From contig JAYZHP010000081.1 in assembly GCA_036166415.1 (NCBI GenBank), forward strand, positions 688-64,687: a stretch of 64,000 nucleotides of DNA. The letters run 5' to 3'. A model generated the notes under the pieces. It had not been told where the DNA came from and made no database searches. It saw only the letters and a list, made by a program, of their open reading frames with translations. This stretch comes from Fidelibacterota bacterium (GTDB lineage Bacteria > Fidelibacterota > Marinisomatia > Marinisomatales > TCS55). Numbering within the stretch: position 1 is the stretch's first letter; each line of letters opens with the position of its first letter. Shown here in pieces: positions 9,436-24,415 of this stretch. Position numbers and translations under genes: made by a program.

Positions 9436-9644
9436 GAAATAAGCCTCATTATTAAATATATCACCAAATTTATGATTATTAATGTTGATATTGGAAAGTA
9501 AAATCTTACGTTTTTTGAACCTAATCGAATATCCCCAGGGAGTCGCCCCAACCAGCCTAGTTTATCTGAAAAAATATTTAAAATAAAACCAAGTGCGACC
9601 GTTGTCATACCTATGATTATTAACCATTTACTGATATCCTTCAT
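9423..9644 (-). CDS. DUF2905-like small membrane protein
   Basis: 73 aa with two TM helices flanking GRLPGDIRLGSKNVRFYFPI, the pattern I associate with DUF2905. Confidence 0.6.
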   Translation of the reverse strand: MKDISKWLIIIGMTTVALGFILNIFSDKLGWLGRLPGDIRLGSKNVRFYFPISTLIIINLVIYLIMRLISWLK

Positions 9645-9653
9645 TTTAAATCT

Positions 9654-10535
9654 TCAAAATAATTTAGATGGATAATTTTCAGATTCGACCAGTTTTAATA
9701 TTTGGGATTCTACAAATGGTTTATCTTCTTTATAGGTTACACCAAACCATGAAGCATTGCTTTGTAAAGCGCGTAGTGTTTCTTGCTCGGTTTTAATTAA
9801 TTCATTTATTACAGAAGGAATTAAATATTCACTTTTTTCCTGGTATCCGTATTCATCTAAAAAGGAAATAAAACCTGCTTCAAGATATGAAAACAATTTT
9901 GGTGTGAATCCCCACATGTTCATAGATACCGGCTCACTTCCATCTAATGTTAGTGCACCTTTAGAAGAAATTGCATTCTCAGTTTTTATTATTTCGTGCG
10001 TTTCAATAATATTAACTAAATGATCATTTCTTACAGTGCAAACACCTCTGCTGACACCTCCATAATCGGATAAAGTATTGTCCAATTGAAATGCAACCAT
10101 ACTAAAACCTGAGAAATCGCTATGATAACAATCAGCAATTAACTGAAAGGATTCTCTACCATAAAAATCATCACCATTAATTGCAGCAAATGGCTCGTCT
10201 ATTATATCTGAAGCAGAAAGTATCGCCTGCCCTGTACCCCATGGCTTTACTCTAAAATCAGGACATGAATAGCCACTAGGTAGATTATTAAGATCTTGAA
10301 TTGCAAATTCAATAGCAATGCTATCATTGTATTTATTAGTGATCTGATTTTCAAAATCAGACTTAAATTCTTCTCGAATAATAAAAACCGCTTTATTAAA
10401 TCCGGCTTGAATTGCATCGTATACTGAATAGTCAATTATGGTTTCACCATTTGGACCCACTGGGTCTAATTGCTTTAAGCCTCCATATCGAGAACCCATT
10501 CCCGCAGCCATCACTAGTAATGTCAAATCGCGCAT
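9654..10535 (-). CDS. sugar-1-phosphate nucleotidyltransferase family protein
   Basis: The N-terminal LLVMAAGMGSRYGGLKQLD motif is the NTP-transferase G-rich loop. The gene is paired with a GHMP sugar kinase. Confidence 0.75.
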   Translation of the reverse strand: MRDLTLLVMAAGMGSRYGGLKQLDPVGPNGETIIDYSVYDAIQAGFNKAVFIIREEFKSDFENQITNKYNDSIAIEFAIQDLNNLPSGYSCPDFRVKPWGTGQAILSASDIIDEPFAAINGDDFYGRESFQLIADCYHSDFSGFSMVAFQLDNTLSDYGGVSRGVCTVRNDHLVNIIETHEIIKTENAISSKGALTLDGSEPVSMNMWGFTPKLFSYLEAGFISFLDEYGYQEKSEYLIPSVINELIKTEQETLRALQSNASWFGVTYKEDKPFVESQILKLVESENYPSKLF

Positions 10536-10562
10536 AAAATACCTATTTTAATTATAAAGAAA

Positions 10563-11609
10563 TTAATCTATTCTAGTACCATCATCAGCATGGATTATAT
10601 GGGCAGTTCCACCTGCATTTTCAATGGCGCTTGCAATATCGTTTGAATTTTTTGGTGCATAGGCAAACATGCACCCGCCACCGCCTGATCCATTTACCTT
10701 TGCACCTAAGGCGCCTGCATTTATACTTGCTTCAATCATATTATCTATTTTTTCAGTACTAACTTTTAACTTATCCCTTAACACTTCATGGTGGTCTGAT
10801 AATAATTGCCCAATTCGATTATGATCGATTTCATTTTTTTGTAATTCCTTGATCCCTTGAAATAATATTTCTCTGTTTTCAATTGTACCCTCAAGTAAGG
10901 CTTGTTCTTCATCATTTAGAATTGATTTACCATGTTCATCAGAGCAATTGTTAAAACTTACATCTGGGTATATTGTATTTAATTTTTCCATAATTGATAT
11001 GCGTTGATCGCGGCAACGTTTCAATATAGTCATGGTATCTTTTGGTTGATTGGAATTACCTAAAACGAACGTTTTTAACTTTGGTTGCAACTGCTTTACG
11101 CTAAAAGGTTGTTGATCTAAATAAATGCACCCACCGATTGCAGTGGTATATTGATCCATCATTCCACCGGGCTCATCAAATTCAAGCACCTCGGCCTGAT
11201 AGGCAAGACGAGCAATGATTTCATTATTCCAGTTTGGAGGATTATCAGCTATTTTTGAAATTAGATTTATCCACCCAACAACGATCGAAGAAGAGCTACT
11301 TGTACCTGCCTGAATCGGTATATTGCTTTCTATGATAGACTCAAACCCATTAGAAAATTTTAGACCTTCTTTCAAACATACATTCATTGCGCTTTTGAAA
11401 TAATCACGATCTTTTGAATAGCTTAAATCATCTAGTGAAAATTCCTCAACCCGATCAAGGTCCGGCATATTAATAATTATTTTTTTATCTTTCCTTTTGG
11501 TTAGGCTAATCGAGGAGTTCAGTGAAATAGCTAATGCAATAACTGGTAAGCCCAGGTAATCTTGATGTTCACCAAAAAGACATATTCGACCTGGGGTAAT
11601 TACTTTCAT
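10563..11609 (-). CDS. GHMP-family sugar 1-kinase (galactokinase-like)
   Basis: PGRICLFGEHQDYLG resembles the galactokinase signature. It also has a PIQAGTSSSSS phosphate loop and GSGGGGCMFA. Confidence 0.8.
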   Translation of the reverse strand: MKVITPGRICLFGEHQDYLGLPVIALAISLNSSISLTKRKDKKIIINMPDLDRVEEFSLDDLSYSKDRDYFKSAMNVCLKEGLKFSNGFESIIESNIPIQAGTSSSSSIVVGWINLISKIADNPPNWNNEIIARLAYQAEVLEFDEPGGMMDQYTTAIGGCIYLDQQPFSVKQLQPKLKTFVLGNSNQPKDTMTILKRCRDQRISIMEKLNTIYPDVSFNNCSDEHGKSILNDEEQALLEGTIENREILFQGIKELQKNEIDHNRIGQLLSDHHEVLRDKLKVSTEKIDNMIEASINAGALGAKVNGSGGGGCMFAYAPKNSNDIASAIENAGGTAHIIHADDGTRID

Positions 11610-13364
11610 CTATATGGTATTAGCAGAATGTTTGAACCAAGCTTTAAATAATACGAATGATGAAATAATAGATATCCCAATTAGAATGAATGCGGTTTGA
11701 TAGTGTCCATAGATCAAACTTCCAACACCAAGTAAAATACCATATACCGATGTGGTCCCACATAGCATACAAAGCAATCCAATTGGTACAGACCATTGTT
11801 CATTCGTATGATGAGGTGAATAATTTTTCCAACCTGGGCCACCTGGATTTACTTTTTTTACAAATCTCTTTAGTGTTTTTTCATCATCTGGAGGTGTGAT
11901 AAATGTAGCAATTATCCAAGTAGCTGTTGTTAATAACGCTCCAATGATTATTTCTTGCCAACTTGCAAGGCTATGGCTGTAGAAATTAAAATAGTAAGCA
12001 ATAATTAAGGAGCTTATCATTGCAACAATTTCTGTATAAGCATTGATGCGCCACCAAAACCATCTCAATAAATAAATCAACCCTGTACCAGCGCCGATCA
12101 TGAGCAATAAATCAAAGGCTTGTGAAGCGCTTGTTAGTATTAGCCCTAATCCTGCGCCTAGAATAATTGATATAACGGTGAATACCCTACCCATTGCGAC
12201 CAATTGACTTTCACTGGCATTTGGACTGATAAAACGTTTATAAAAATCATTCACTAAATAACTGGCCCCAAGATTAAGCTGAGTACTCATTGTGCTCATA
12301 AATGCAGCAATCAAGGAAGCGGCAACAAGGCCTAATAGCCCCGATGGTAATAATGTAAGCATAGCAGGGTACGCAACATCATGACCTAGTTTATTAGCTG
12401 GTAAATCAGGGAACGCTCTTTGAATATCTGTTAACTCCGGAAAAATAATTAAAGAGGATAATGCGATAATTATCCAAGGCCATGGACGTAAGGCATAATG
12501 TGCAATATTAAATAATAATGTTGCTCCTATTGCATTTTTTTCATCTTTTGCAGAGAACATTCGTTGGGCTATATAACCTCCCCCTCCAGGTTCGGCGCCT
12601 GGATAGTAACTTGCCCACCACTGTACTGCAAGTGGAACAAGCATGACAGGTACCCATACACTTGGGTCAGAGAAATCAGGTACTAATGATAAGTTATCTA
12701 TAACATTTTCATGTAGAATTAAATTTTTTATACCACCGATTTGCGGCAAATTGACTATATAAAACATTCCAAAGATAGAGCCGATCATTGCTAAAATAAA
12801 TTGAACAAAATCTGTAATGATTACCGCTCGAAGGCCTCCTAGGGTTGAGTAGGTTAGCGTAATTGAACAAGCGATCAATAATGTTTGCCAGCCTTTCCAG
12901 CCTAAAATAATCTCACCAAATTTCACTGCAGCTAAGCTTACAGTGCCCATAACCAGAACATTAAAAATTAGACCTAGATACAGTGCTCTGAATCCTCTTA
13001 AAAATGCTGCAGCCTTACCGCTATATCGTAATTCATAAAATTCAATATCTGTTAAGACATTAGACCTTCTCCATAATTTAGCATATATAAAAACAGTTAA
13101 CATACCTGTCAATAAAAATGCCCACCAGCCCCAATTACCAGAGACGCCTTTTTGCCTAACGAGATCTGTTACTAAGTTAGGAGTATCGGTTGAAAATGTG
13201 GTAGCTACCATGGAAATACCAAGAAGCCACCAAGGCATATCTCTTCCAGCTAAGAAAAAGGATTTGGTATTGGAGCCCGCTTTTTTAGAAGCCCAAATTC
13301 CAATTGTTAATGCAATTAAAAAATATGCTGCTATAATAACCCAATCTATAATAGCCATATTCAT
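11610..13364 (-). CDS. sodium:solute symporter (SSS) family transporter
   Basis: 584 aa with about 13-14 TM segments and SSS-like motifs (FFLAGRDMPWW, GGLRAVIITDFVQ). Confidence 0.85.
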   Translation of the reverse strand: MNMAIIDWVIIAAYFLIALTIGIWASKKAGSNTKSFFLAGRDMPWWLLGISMVATTFSTDTPNLVTDLVRQKGVSGNWGWWAFLLTGMLTVFIYAKLWRRSNVLTDIEFYELRYSGKAAAFLRGFRALYLGLIFNVLVMGTVSLAAVKFGEIILGWKGWQTLLIACSITLTYSTLGGLRAVIITDFVQFILAMIGSIFGMFYIVNLPQIGGIKNLILHENVIDNLSLVPDFSDPSVWVPVMLVPLAVQWWASYYPGAEPGGGGYIAQRMFSAKDEKNAIGATLLFNIAHYALRPWPWIIIALSSLIIFPELTDIQRAFPDLPANKLGHDVAYPAMLTLLPSGLLGLVAASLIAAFMSTMSTQLNLGASYLVNDFYKRFISPNASESQLVAMGRVFTVISIILGAGLGLILTSASQAFDLLLMIGAGTGLIYLLRWFWWRINAYTEIVAMISSLIIAYYFNFYSHSLASWQEIIIGALLTTATWIIATFITPPDDEKTLKRFVKKVNPGGPGWKNYSPHHTNEQWSVPIGLLCMLCGTTSVYGILLGVGSLIYGHYQTAFILIGISIISSFVLFKAWFKHSANTI

Positions 13365-14717
13365 CTAATAATTATCGTCCAATCCAAAAATGGGCTGATT
13401 TGTTTTCCATTTTCCTCGCGTAAAATCAGGAATCTTTATCGAAGTGCTATTATTCTTTATTGACTGTTCAGATAAAGGAACGATACAGCTCATGCTGACT
13501 GCATCGTATACGTCAATGACTGGCTTTTGTTTTTCTTTAATTGCCTCAACAAATGCTCGAATAATGAAAAAATCCATTCCACCATGACCGGTGTGGCTCA
13601 ATGTCGTCTTTGCTTTCGAAAACCGCTTCCATAGCGGGTGATCATATTCTGATAGATATTGCTCATCATTCTCCCATCTGTGGGATTCAGGACTTCTTCC
13701 TTCAATATAAATGGATTTAGAATCTTTCATCCATAATCCCTTGGTGCCTTGAACACGAAAATTTAAACTATATGGCCTAGGAGAATTTGTATCATGACTC
13801 AAAACTATCGTCTGGCCATTTGCACATTTGATTGTAGTTGTGACCACATCTCCTAATTTAAATTTTATTTTTGCATTTGGATGATCCTTGCCACCATTAT
13901 CAATGATATATTTATTTAAACCCCTACTTTGACTTGCGGTTGACGTAAGATGAAGCATTTTATTACCACGATTGATATCCAGCATAGGGCTAATAGGTCC
14001 AAGCCCATGCGTTGGGTATAAATCTGCATTCTTATCCATCGAGTGTTGTGTTCGCCATCTGGCCTCAGAAAACGCTTTGTCACCAAATTCAACGCCGCCG
14101 CCATAAGGTCCTTTACCATCATTAAATTTGACATGGCGCAAGTCATGCTGATAGCCGCCTTGGCAATGAATTAATTCACCAAACAGTCCCTGACGCACCA
14201 TATTTAATATTGCCATGATATCTCTTCGGTAATTGACATTCTCCATAATCATACAAAGTTTGTTCGTTTTTTCTGATGTATCAACTAAATCCCAACAATC
14301 CTTAATAGTTAAAGCTGCAGGAACTTCAACGCCAACATGCATCTTATTATTCATTGCCTCAATTGCCATCGGATGATGCCATTCCCAAGGTGTTGCAATA
14401 TTTACCGCATCAAGATCCTCATTGGAGAGCATATTCTGATAGTCTTCGGGTCCCTTATCATAAATTCTAGGTTTGGGCCTTCCAGCTTTTGAAAAAAGCT
14501 CCAATACCATTTTAATCATTCGTTGGTCAATATCGCAAATTGCAGGAATATCAACATCGGGCCTATCTAAAAGGAGTTTAGTGTTCCATTGACCTCTTAG
14601 TCCGGTACCAATGATTCCTATTTGCAGTCGTTGATTTGCACTAAATAATTTTCTTGGAACAAACGCAGTGGCTAGTCCAGCTATGGTTGTAGATTTTATA
14701 AACTGGCGCCTTTTCAT
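13365..14717 (-). CDS. Tat-exported Gfo/Idh/MocA NAD-binding enzyme, GH109-like
   Basis: Twin-arginine signal MKRRQFIKSTTIAGLATAF, Rossmann motif IGIIGTGLRG, and a size and architecture typical of GH109 alpha-N-acetylgalactosaminidase-like proteins. Confidence 0.7.
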   Translation of the reverse strand: MKRRQFIKSTTIAGLATAFVPRKLFSANQRLQIGIIGTGLRGQWNTKLLLDRPDVDIPAICDIDQRMIKMVLELFSKAGRPKPRIYDKGPEDYQNMLSNEDLDAVNIATPWEWHHPMAIEAMNNKMHVGVEVPAALTIKDCWDLVDTSEKTNKLCMIMENVNYRRDIMAILNMVRQGLFGELIHCQGGYQHDLRHVKFNDGKGPYGGGVEFGDKAFSEARWRTQHSMDKNADLYPTHGLGPISPMLDINRGNKMLHLTSTASQSRGLNKYIIDNGGKDHPNAKIKFKLGDVVTTTIKCANGQTIVLSHDTNSPRPYSLNFRVQGTKGLWMKDSKSIYIEGRSPESHRWENDEQYLSEYDHPLWKRFSKAKTTLSHTGHGGMDFFIIRAFVEAIKEKQKPVIDVYDAVSMSCIVPLSEQSIKNNSTSIKIPDFTRGKWKTNQPIFGLDDNY

Positions 14718-15781
14718 TATTCTTTTCTCCTATAATCTTTTTGCAATAAGAATCCATTCTTTAATGGATCCTTAGGGTCGATCCAGAAAGTGCAGCTACC
14801 TGTCATGGAAGCATCCCCGGAAACTTGTGGTACGATCGCCTCTTTACCTTTCATATTAACAGATTTATGAATAGTAACAGTAAATATAGATCCAGTGATG
14901 CTTTCTATCATTAATCTTTCATTTAATTCTAAATTGCCTTTTGCAAATTCGATCGCTGCCCGTGCACAAACACCGGTTCCGGTTGGACTTCGATCAAGCT
15001 CTCCATCAGCAAATATACAAATGTTTCTACTGTGGCATTGCGGGTTATCTGCTTGGCTAACAAAAATTGTTCCATACAAGCTATTCATCTCTGAATTAAT
15101 AGGATGCTTGCAATCTATTTTTTTGGAAATAGCTTTTTTTATTTTTTTTCCAGCCAAAATAATTTCATCTAAATATTTATGATCGAGGCTGATTCCTAGT
15201 TGATCTATATTTATAACCGCATAGAATGCTCCACCATATGCTAAATCATATTTAATATCGCCAATACCTGGCACTTGAATGCTTGCATCTAATTCTTGAA
15301 CAAATGAGGGGACATTTTCAAAATAAATTTTGGTAATTTTATTATCTTCAATAGCTGCATAAGCATTGATTGTTCCAGATGGTACATCCATTGTGATTTC
15401 TGTAATTGGCTCTACAATAGGTACAGCTTCAGATTCGATAATTATTTTTGTTAAAGCAATTATGGCATGACCGCATCCAGTAGAATATCCATTATTATGC
15501 ATAAAAACTACACCAGCATCAGAGGAAGAGGTTTCTGGCTCTACAAGCAAAGCTCCATACATATCTTTATGCCCTCTAGGCTCCCACATTAAAGCGGTAC
15601 GTAGCCAGTCATGATTTTGATAGATATCTTGACGCTTGGCTAGGATTGTATTGCCCTTTAAAATAGGATATCCTGATAAAATTACCCTAAGTGGCTCTCC
15701 ACCAGTATGTGCTTCAAGGGTCTGAATTTGTATCCAATCAGATGGTGGAGTAAACTGTTTTAATTTATTTAAATCAATCAA
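14717..15781 (-). CDS. proline racemase superfamily enzyme, trans-3-hydroxy-L-proline dehydratase type
   Basis: AHTGGEPLRV is present. The first catalytic position is Cys103 (STGCGH). The second is Thr267 (DRSPTGTG) rather than Cys. Confidence 0.8.
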   Translation of the reverse strand: MIDLNKLKQFTPPSDWIQIQTLEAHTGGEPLRVILSGYPILKGNTILAKRQDIYQNHDWLRTALMWEPRGHKDMYGALLVEPETSSSDAGVVFMHNNGYSTGCGHAIIALTKIIIESEAVPIVEPITEITMDVPSGTINAYAAIEDNKITKIYFENVPSFVQELDASIQVPGIGDIKYDLAYGGAFYAVINIDQLGISLDHKYLDEIILAGKKIKKAISKKIDCKHPINSEMNSLYGTIFVSQADNPQCHSRNICIFADGELDRSPTGTGVCARAAIEFAKGNLELNERLMIESITGSIFTVTIHKSVNMKGKEAIVPQVSGDASMTGSCTFWIDPKDPLKNGFLLQKDYRRKE

Positions 15782-15791
15782 TGTGCTGCAT

Positions 15792-17420
15792 TTATTGTGC
15801 TACCATCGATAATAAAAGATAAATTGCAAAGGTTGCACCCATAATTCCCATAGATACTTTCTTTGATTCTGACCAAGGAGTCATATCAACTGGTGCTGGG
15901 TCTCGCTGATCGCTGATTGCAATCTCTTCGGGTGTTTTTGGTTGAAACTTTCCTATAGCCAACATCACCAAGACTGCGGAAACAAAACTGATGAAATATC
16001 CATGTAGCCAATGTAGATCGCCTGATCCATCGGCAAAGAAATCAGGTACATTATGAATATTTTCAAATGAGAAAAATGCATAGATCGCCATCCCAACAAC
16101 CATACCAACTTTTGCAGCCACTGCGGGAACATGTTTTGTTGTTATCCCTAGCAAGAAGATACCAATAATAGGTACGCTGTACAGCCCATTAACCTTTTGG
16201 AGATACTGAAAAATAGACTGGGTCTGTGCTAATAAAGGGGCAATGATCATTGAGGCCACTGCAAGTAGAATCCCAAATTGCTTTCCAATGTTAACAATTT
16301 GATCTCCGGTTGCATTTTTATTGATATAGCCCTTATAAAATTGAAGGGAAAAAAGCGTAGAAGCGCTATTAAGCGCAGAATTAAAAGAGCTTAGTATAGA
16401 ACCCATTAGAACTGCTGCAAAAAGGCCGAGTGACCAATCCGGTAATACATATCTTACTAAGGCGCCATAAACCTGGTCTTGCCTTCCAATTGGTAGCTCG
16501 GTCATATGTAGAGCAATAATGCCTGGTAAACATAACATTAAAGGCCCCACCAGCTTCATTGCTGATGCAAAAAGCACTCCTTTTTGTCCTTCAGCTAAGC
16601 TTTTTGCTGCCATTGCTCTTTGTACAATCACCTGGTTGGTTGACCAGTAAAAAATTTGAATAAACATCATACCTGTAAATAAAGTTGGCCAGGGAACTGA
16701 TACGGTTTTTCCTTCAAGATTTGTACGAGTTAAAACTGTCAAGTATTCAGGCTTATCATTTAAGAGCGTAGAAACTCCGCTAAAAAAAGATCCATCTCCA
16801 AGAGCAGAAAGGCCAAGAAAAGGGATCGCCAAACCGCCTATCAGTAGGCCTATGCCATTAATAGTGTCACTGACAGCAACTGATTTTAACCCCCCAAAAA
16901 TTGCGTAAGAACTTCCTAGGGTACCAATCAAAATTATAATCAACCACAATGGAATATTTAAATTAAACATGCGCTCTAATGCCAATGAACCGGTATAGAG
17001 CACCACAGGTAAAAGTACCGTGACATAACCAAACAAAAATAATCCTGAAACCATTGATCGTGTGGTTTTGTCAAATCTTTTTTCAAGGAAAGCGGGTGTT
17101 GTGGTAAAGCCACTTGCTAAATAGCGAGGTAAAAAAACTAGAGCCGTGGCAATCATTGCAAACGCAGCAAGCGCTTCCCAGGCCAAGCCCACCATAGCCT
17201 TATCACCAAAGACATCTCCATTTAATCCAACAAGTTGCTCTGTCGAAAGATTGGTAAGTAATAATGAACCAGCCACAACAGGCCAAGTAAGGGCACGTCC
17301 ACCCGTAAAATATTCTTCAGTAGCATTATTAGATTTTTTCATTTTTTGAACAATCCTATATGTGAAATATGCTACAGATCCTGTCGCAAGAATAAATGTC
17401 ACTATTGAAATGGTATTCAT
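15792..17420 (-). CDS. sodium:solute symporter (SSS) family transporter
   Basis: 542-aa polytopic protein with YFTGGRALTWP and GGLKSVAVSDTING motifs. Confidence 0.85.
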   Translation of the reverse strand: MNTISIVTFILATGSVAYFTYRIVQKMKKSNNATEEYFTGGRALTWPVVAGSLLLTNLSTEQLVGLNGDVFGDKAMVGLAWEALAAFAMIATALVFLPRYLASGFTTTPAFLEKRFDKTTRSMVSGLFLFGYVTVLLPVVLYTGSLALERMFNLNIPLWLIIILIGTLGSSYAIFGGLKSVAVSDTINGIGLLIGGLAIPFLGLSALGDGSFFSGVSTLLNDKPEYLTVLTRTNLEGKTVSVPWPTLFTGMMFIQIFYWSTNQVIVQRAMAAKSLAEGQKGVLFASAMKLVGPLMLCLPGIIALHMTELPIGRQDQVYGALVRYVLPDWSLGLFAAVLMGSILSSFNSALNSASTLFSLQFYKGYINKNATGDQIVNIGKQFGILLAVASMIIAPLLAQTQSIFQYLQKVNGLYSVPIIGIFLLGITTKHVPAVAAKVGMVVGMAIYAFFSFENIHNVPDFFADGSGDLHWLHGYFISFVSAVLVMLAIGKFQPKTPEEIAISDQRDPAPVDMTPWSESKKVSMGIMGATFAIYLLLSMVAQ

Positions 17421-17434
17421 TAATTATTCCTTAA

Positions 17435-21855
<4,421 letters not shown>

Positions 21856-21869
<14 letters not shown>

Positions 21870-22866
21870 ATTCTGTAAGATCTTTTGACCATTTCTGAAT
21901 ATTTTGACCTTTCATTTTTTCTAGAAATTTTCGTGCATTATCTTCCGAAATAGATATGTAACGATTTTCAGGAAATAGCTGCTTTCTGTAAATTGACATA
22001 TTAATGGTAATGCACATACGTAAACACATTAAATACACTACCGATTCTAATTCAAAAACAGAAAGAGGATTGGTCGAATGATATCCTTTCAATAATGGAG
22101 CAATTAGGGGAAAAGGATCTTGGTTTTCCATCGCGATATATGCCATACATACAGCTGGTTCAAGTGCCTTATATGAATAGATCATATCTCCAAAATCAAT
22201 AATGCTTTTTATTTTTTCATCGTGACTAATAATTACATTGTGGTCATTCCCATCATTGTGAATCACTGTTTTCGTAAATGCGCCTGCTTGACCGATGATA
22301 TGTTCATTAAAAAGATTGATATAATAAGAAATTAAATATGTGTCATTCTCACTAAACTTTAGCTGCTGTGATAAAACATCAATCTGCTTAGCATCCCAAA
22401 TAAATTTTCTATCAGTAGCATCATGATTAAAGTCCTCTAATAATTGATCAAGGTATCCTAGAAAACCACCAAGAGAAAACAACAAATTTTTACTTGGTTT
22501 AATTTCATATAAAAATTTTCCTTCAACGTATGATAATAATCTTAAATAAAACCCACAATCATAATTTTCACAATGAATAATTTCTTCATCATTTATAGAT
22601 TTAATTGGATAGGGGATATCTAAAGATGAATCTTTATTTATAATATGATTCAACGCCAGATTCTGCATATCTAGGATATCTTTTGACTCTGCTGAATTAG
22701 CTATTTTGAGAACATATGACTGATCTTTTGTTATAATTTTGAAATTTTGATCTCGGTCACTAATAAGCTCTTTGATTGAACCGTTTATACCATAGTGCTC
22801 TGAAAGAATATCAACTACTTGTCCTTCATTGAATTTTGGTGGAGGGGTATTAAAAACGTTTGGCAT
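21856..22866 (-). CDS. APH-family kinase, hydroxylysine-kinase-like
   Basis: Aminoglycoside-phosphotransferase fold with the catalytic loop HNDGNDHNV and IIDFGD. The N-terminal SDRDQNFKI resembles the HYKK DDQNF block. It overlaps the phospho-lyase gene by 14 nt. Confidence 0.7.
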
Positions 22867-22883
22867 CGCAATTGAGAATGAAC

Positions 22884-23054
22884 TCAGCTAAATTTTCTAG
22901 GAATGATATAATACAGTAATGCCCCTAATAAGACCGCAAGAAAACCTTTTAATGAGCCTATGTCTTTAGATATAATTTGTGATTCTTGGAGCCAGGACAA
23001 TATGGCAAACATGATGCCGAAAGAAGATAAAAACAGCCAAATAAAATTTCTCAT
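22884..23054 (-). CDS. 56-aa two-TM micro-protein (hypothetical)
   Basis: My translation is MRNFIWLFLSSFGIMFAILSWLQESQIISKDIGSLKGFLAVLLGALLYYIIPRKFS. Its ATG overlaps the pepP TGA (ATGA). It fills an otherwise unexplained 184-nt gap inside the operon. Confidence 0.35.
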   Translation of the reverse strand: MRNFIWLFLSSFGIMFAILSWLQESQIISKDIGSLKGFLAVLLGALLYYIIPRKFS

Positions 23055-24415
23055 GACTGCATTAGGGCCTCAATCTCATTGATCGTTTTTGGTATATGCG
23101 GTCCTAATAATTGGTACCCTTCATTAGTAATAAGAATATTGTCTTCAATTCGAACTCCACCGAAATCTTTAAATGATTCGATCGCATCATAATTGATAAA
23201 CTCTTTATGTTTGGCGCTATTTTTCCACTGATCTATAAGGTGCGGTATAAAATAAATGCCAGGCTCAACTGTTAATACAAACCCCGGTTCAAGGTTTTTT
23301 GAAAGCCGTAGATAGGCCAAGCCAAATTGATCGCTTCTATTATTGGCATTATCGTAACCAACAAGGTCTTCACCTAGGCCTTCCATATCGTGAACATCCA
23401 AGCCGAGCATATGGCCAAGGCCATGAGGAAAAAACAATGCATGTGCACCCTTGGATACGGCTTCATCAGGGTCACCCATCATTAGTCCTAGCTCACTTAA
23501 ACCTAAGACCGCAATTTTTGCAGCGGCAAGATGTGCTTCTCGATACGAAGTGCCTGGTTTACAGTAACTAAATGCAACTTCTTGCATCTTATAAACTAAA
23601 TTATAGATATCTTTTTGTATATCTGAGAATTTGCCGCTTACAGGAAATGTTCTTGTAATATCGCTTGCATAATGCAGAGGGGATTCTGCGCCTGAATCAT
23701 TTAATGCAAGCTGACCAGATCTCATGGTGTTATCGTAGACATTGCTATGAAGAATCTCGCCATGAATCGTAAAAATTACAGGGTATGCCATCCTGCGACC
23801 ATGTTGAAGTGCGTATCCTTCAATCAAACCAACAATTGACTGTTCTTTTAATCCATCATGGGTTGATTTCATAGCAATCTTATGCATCTCAGATGTGACC
23901 TCTAGGGCTAAGCCTATCTCAGTTAATTCTTCTTCTGTCTTGATTGAGCGTTGCTTAATAACATTCATAATTAAAGATTTAGAAGAAGAGAAAGATTCTG
24001 AACCAAAGATAGATTTTAAAAAGAATTTGTGGTCATCTCTGTATGCAGGCAGAGTATATACTTTATCTGAATTATTAATGAATTGATTAATAGTAGAGTT
24101 GTTTGCAATATGATCAATCCCAGCTAATTCGGACATCTTTTTGATTGACATTCTCTCCCCTTCCCAGACTATATCATCAACAGTTAAGTCATCACCAAAT
24201 AATGTTGTCTCTCCTGAGGCGGTGTCTATAACTAGGTTTAGATTCTCATAATCTAAACCACAATAATATAAGAAATTACTATCTTGTCGAAATCGCAATG
24301 TATTAGATGGATAATTCATAGGAACGGGTTTATTCCCCAATAATAAAATCAAACCATTATCCATTTCATTGGATAGTGAATTTCTTCGATCTCTATATAT
24401 ATTTGCATCAAACAT
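23051..24415 (-). CDS. pepP: Xaa-Pro aminopeptidase (M24B)
   Basis: Metal-ligand blocks HGLGHMLGLDVHD, EPGIYF and GGVRIEDNILIT, plus the N-terminal creatinase-like domain. Confidence 0.85.
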   Translation of the reverse strand: MFDANIYRDRRNSLSNEMDNGLILLLGNKPVPMNYPSNTLRFRQDSNFLYYCGLDYENLNLVIDTASGETTLFGDDLTVDDIVWEGERMSIKKMSELAGIDHIANNSTINQFINNSDKVYTLPAYRDDHKFFLKSIFGSESFSSSKSLIMNVIKQRSIKTEEELTEIGLALEVTSEMHKIAMKSTHDGLKEQSIVGLIEGYALQHGRRMAYPVIFTIHGEILHSNVYDNTMRSGQLALNDSGAESPLHYASDITRTFPVSGKFSDIQKDIYNLVYKMQEVAFSYCKPGTSYREAHLAAAKIAVLGLSELGLMMGDPDEAVSKGAHALFFPHGLGHMLGLDVHDMEGLGEDLVGYDNANNRSDQFGLAYLRLSKNLEPGFVLTVEPGIYFIPHLIDQWKNSAKHKEFINYDAIESFKDFGGVRIEDNILITNEGYQLLGPHIPKTINEIEALMQS

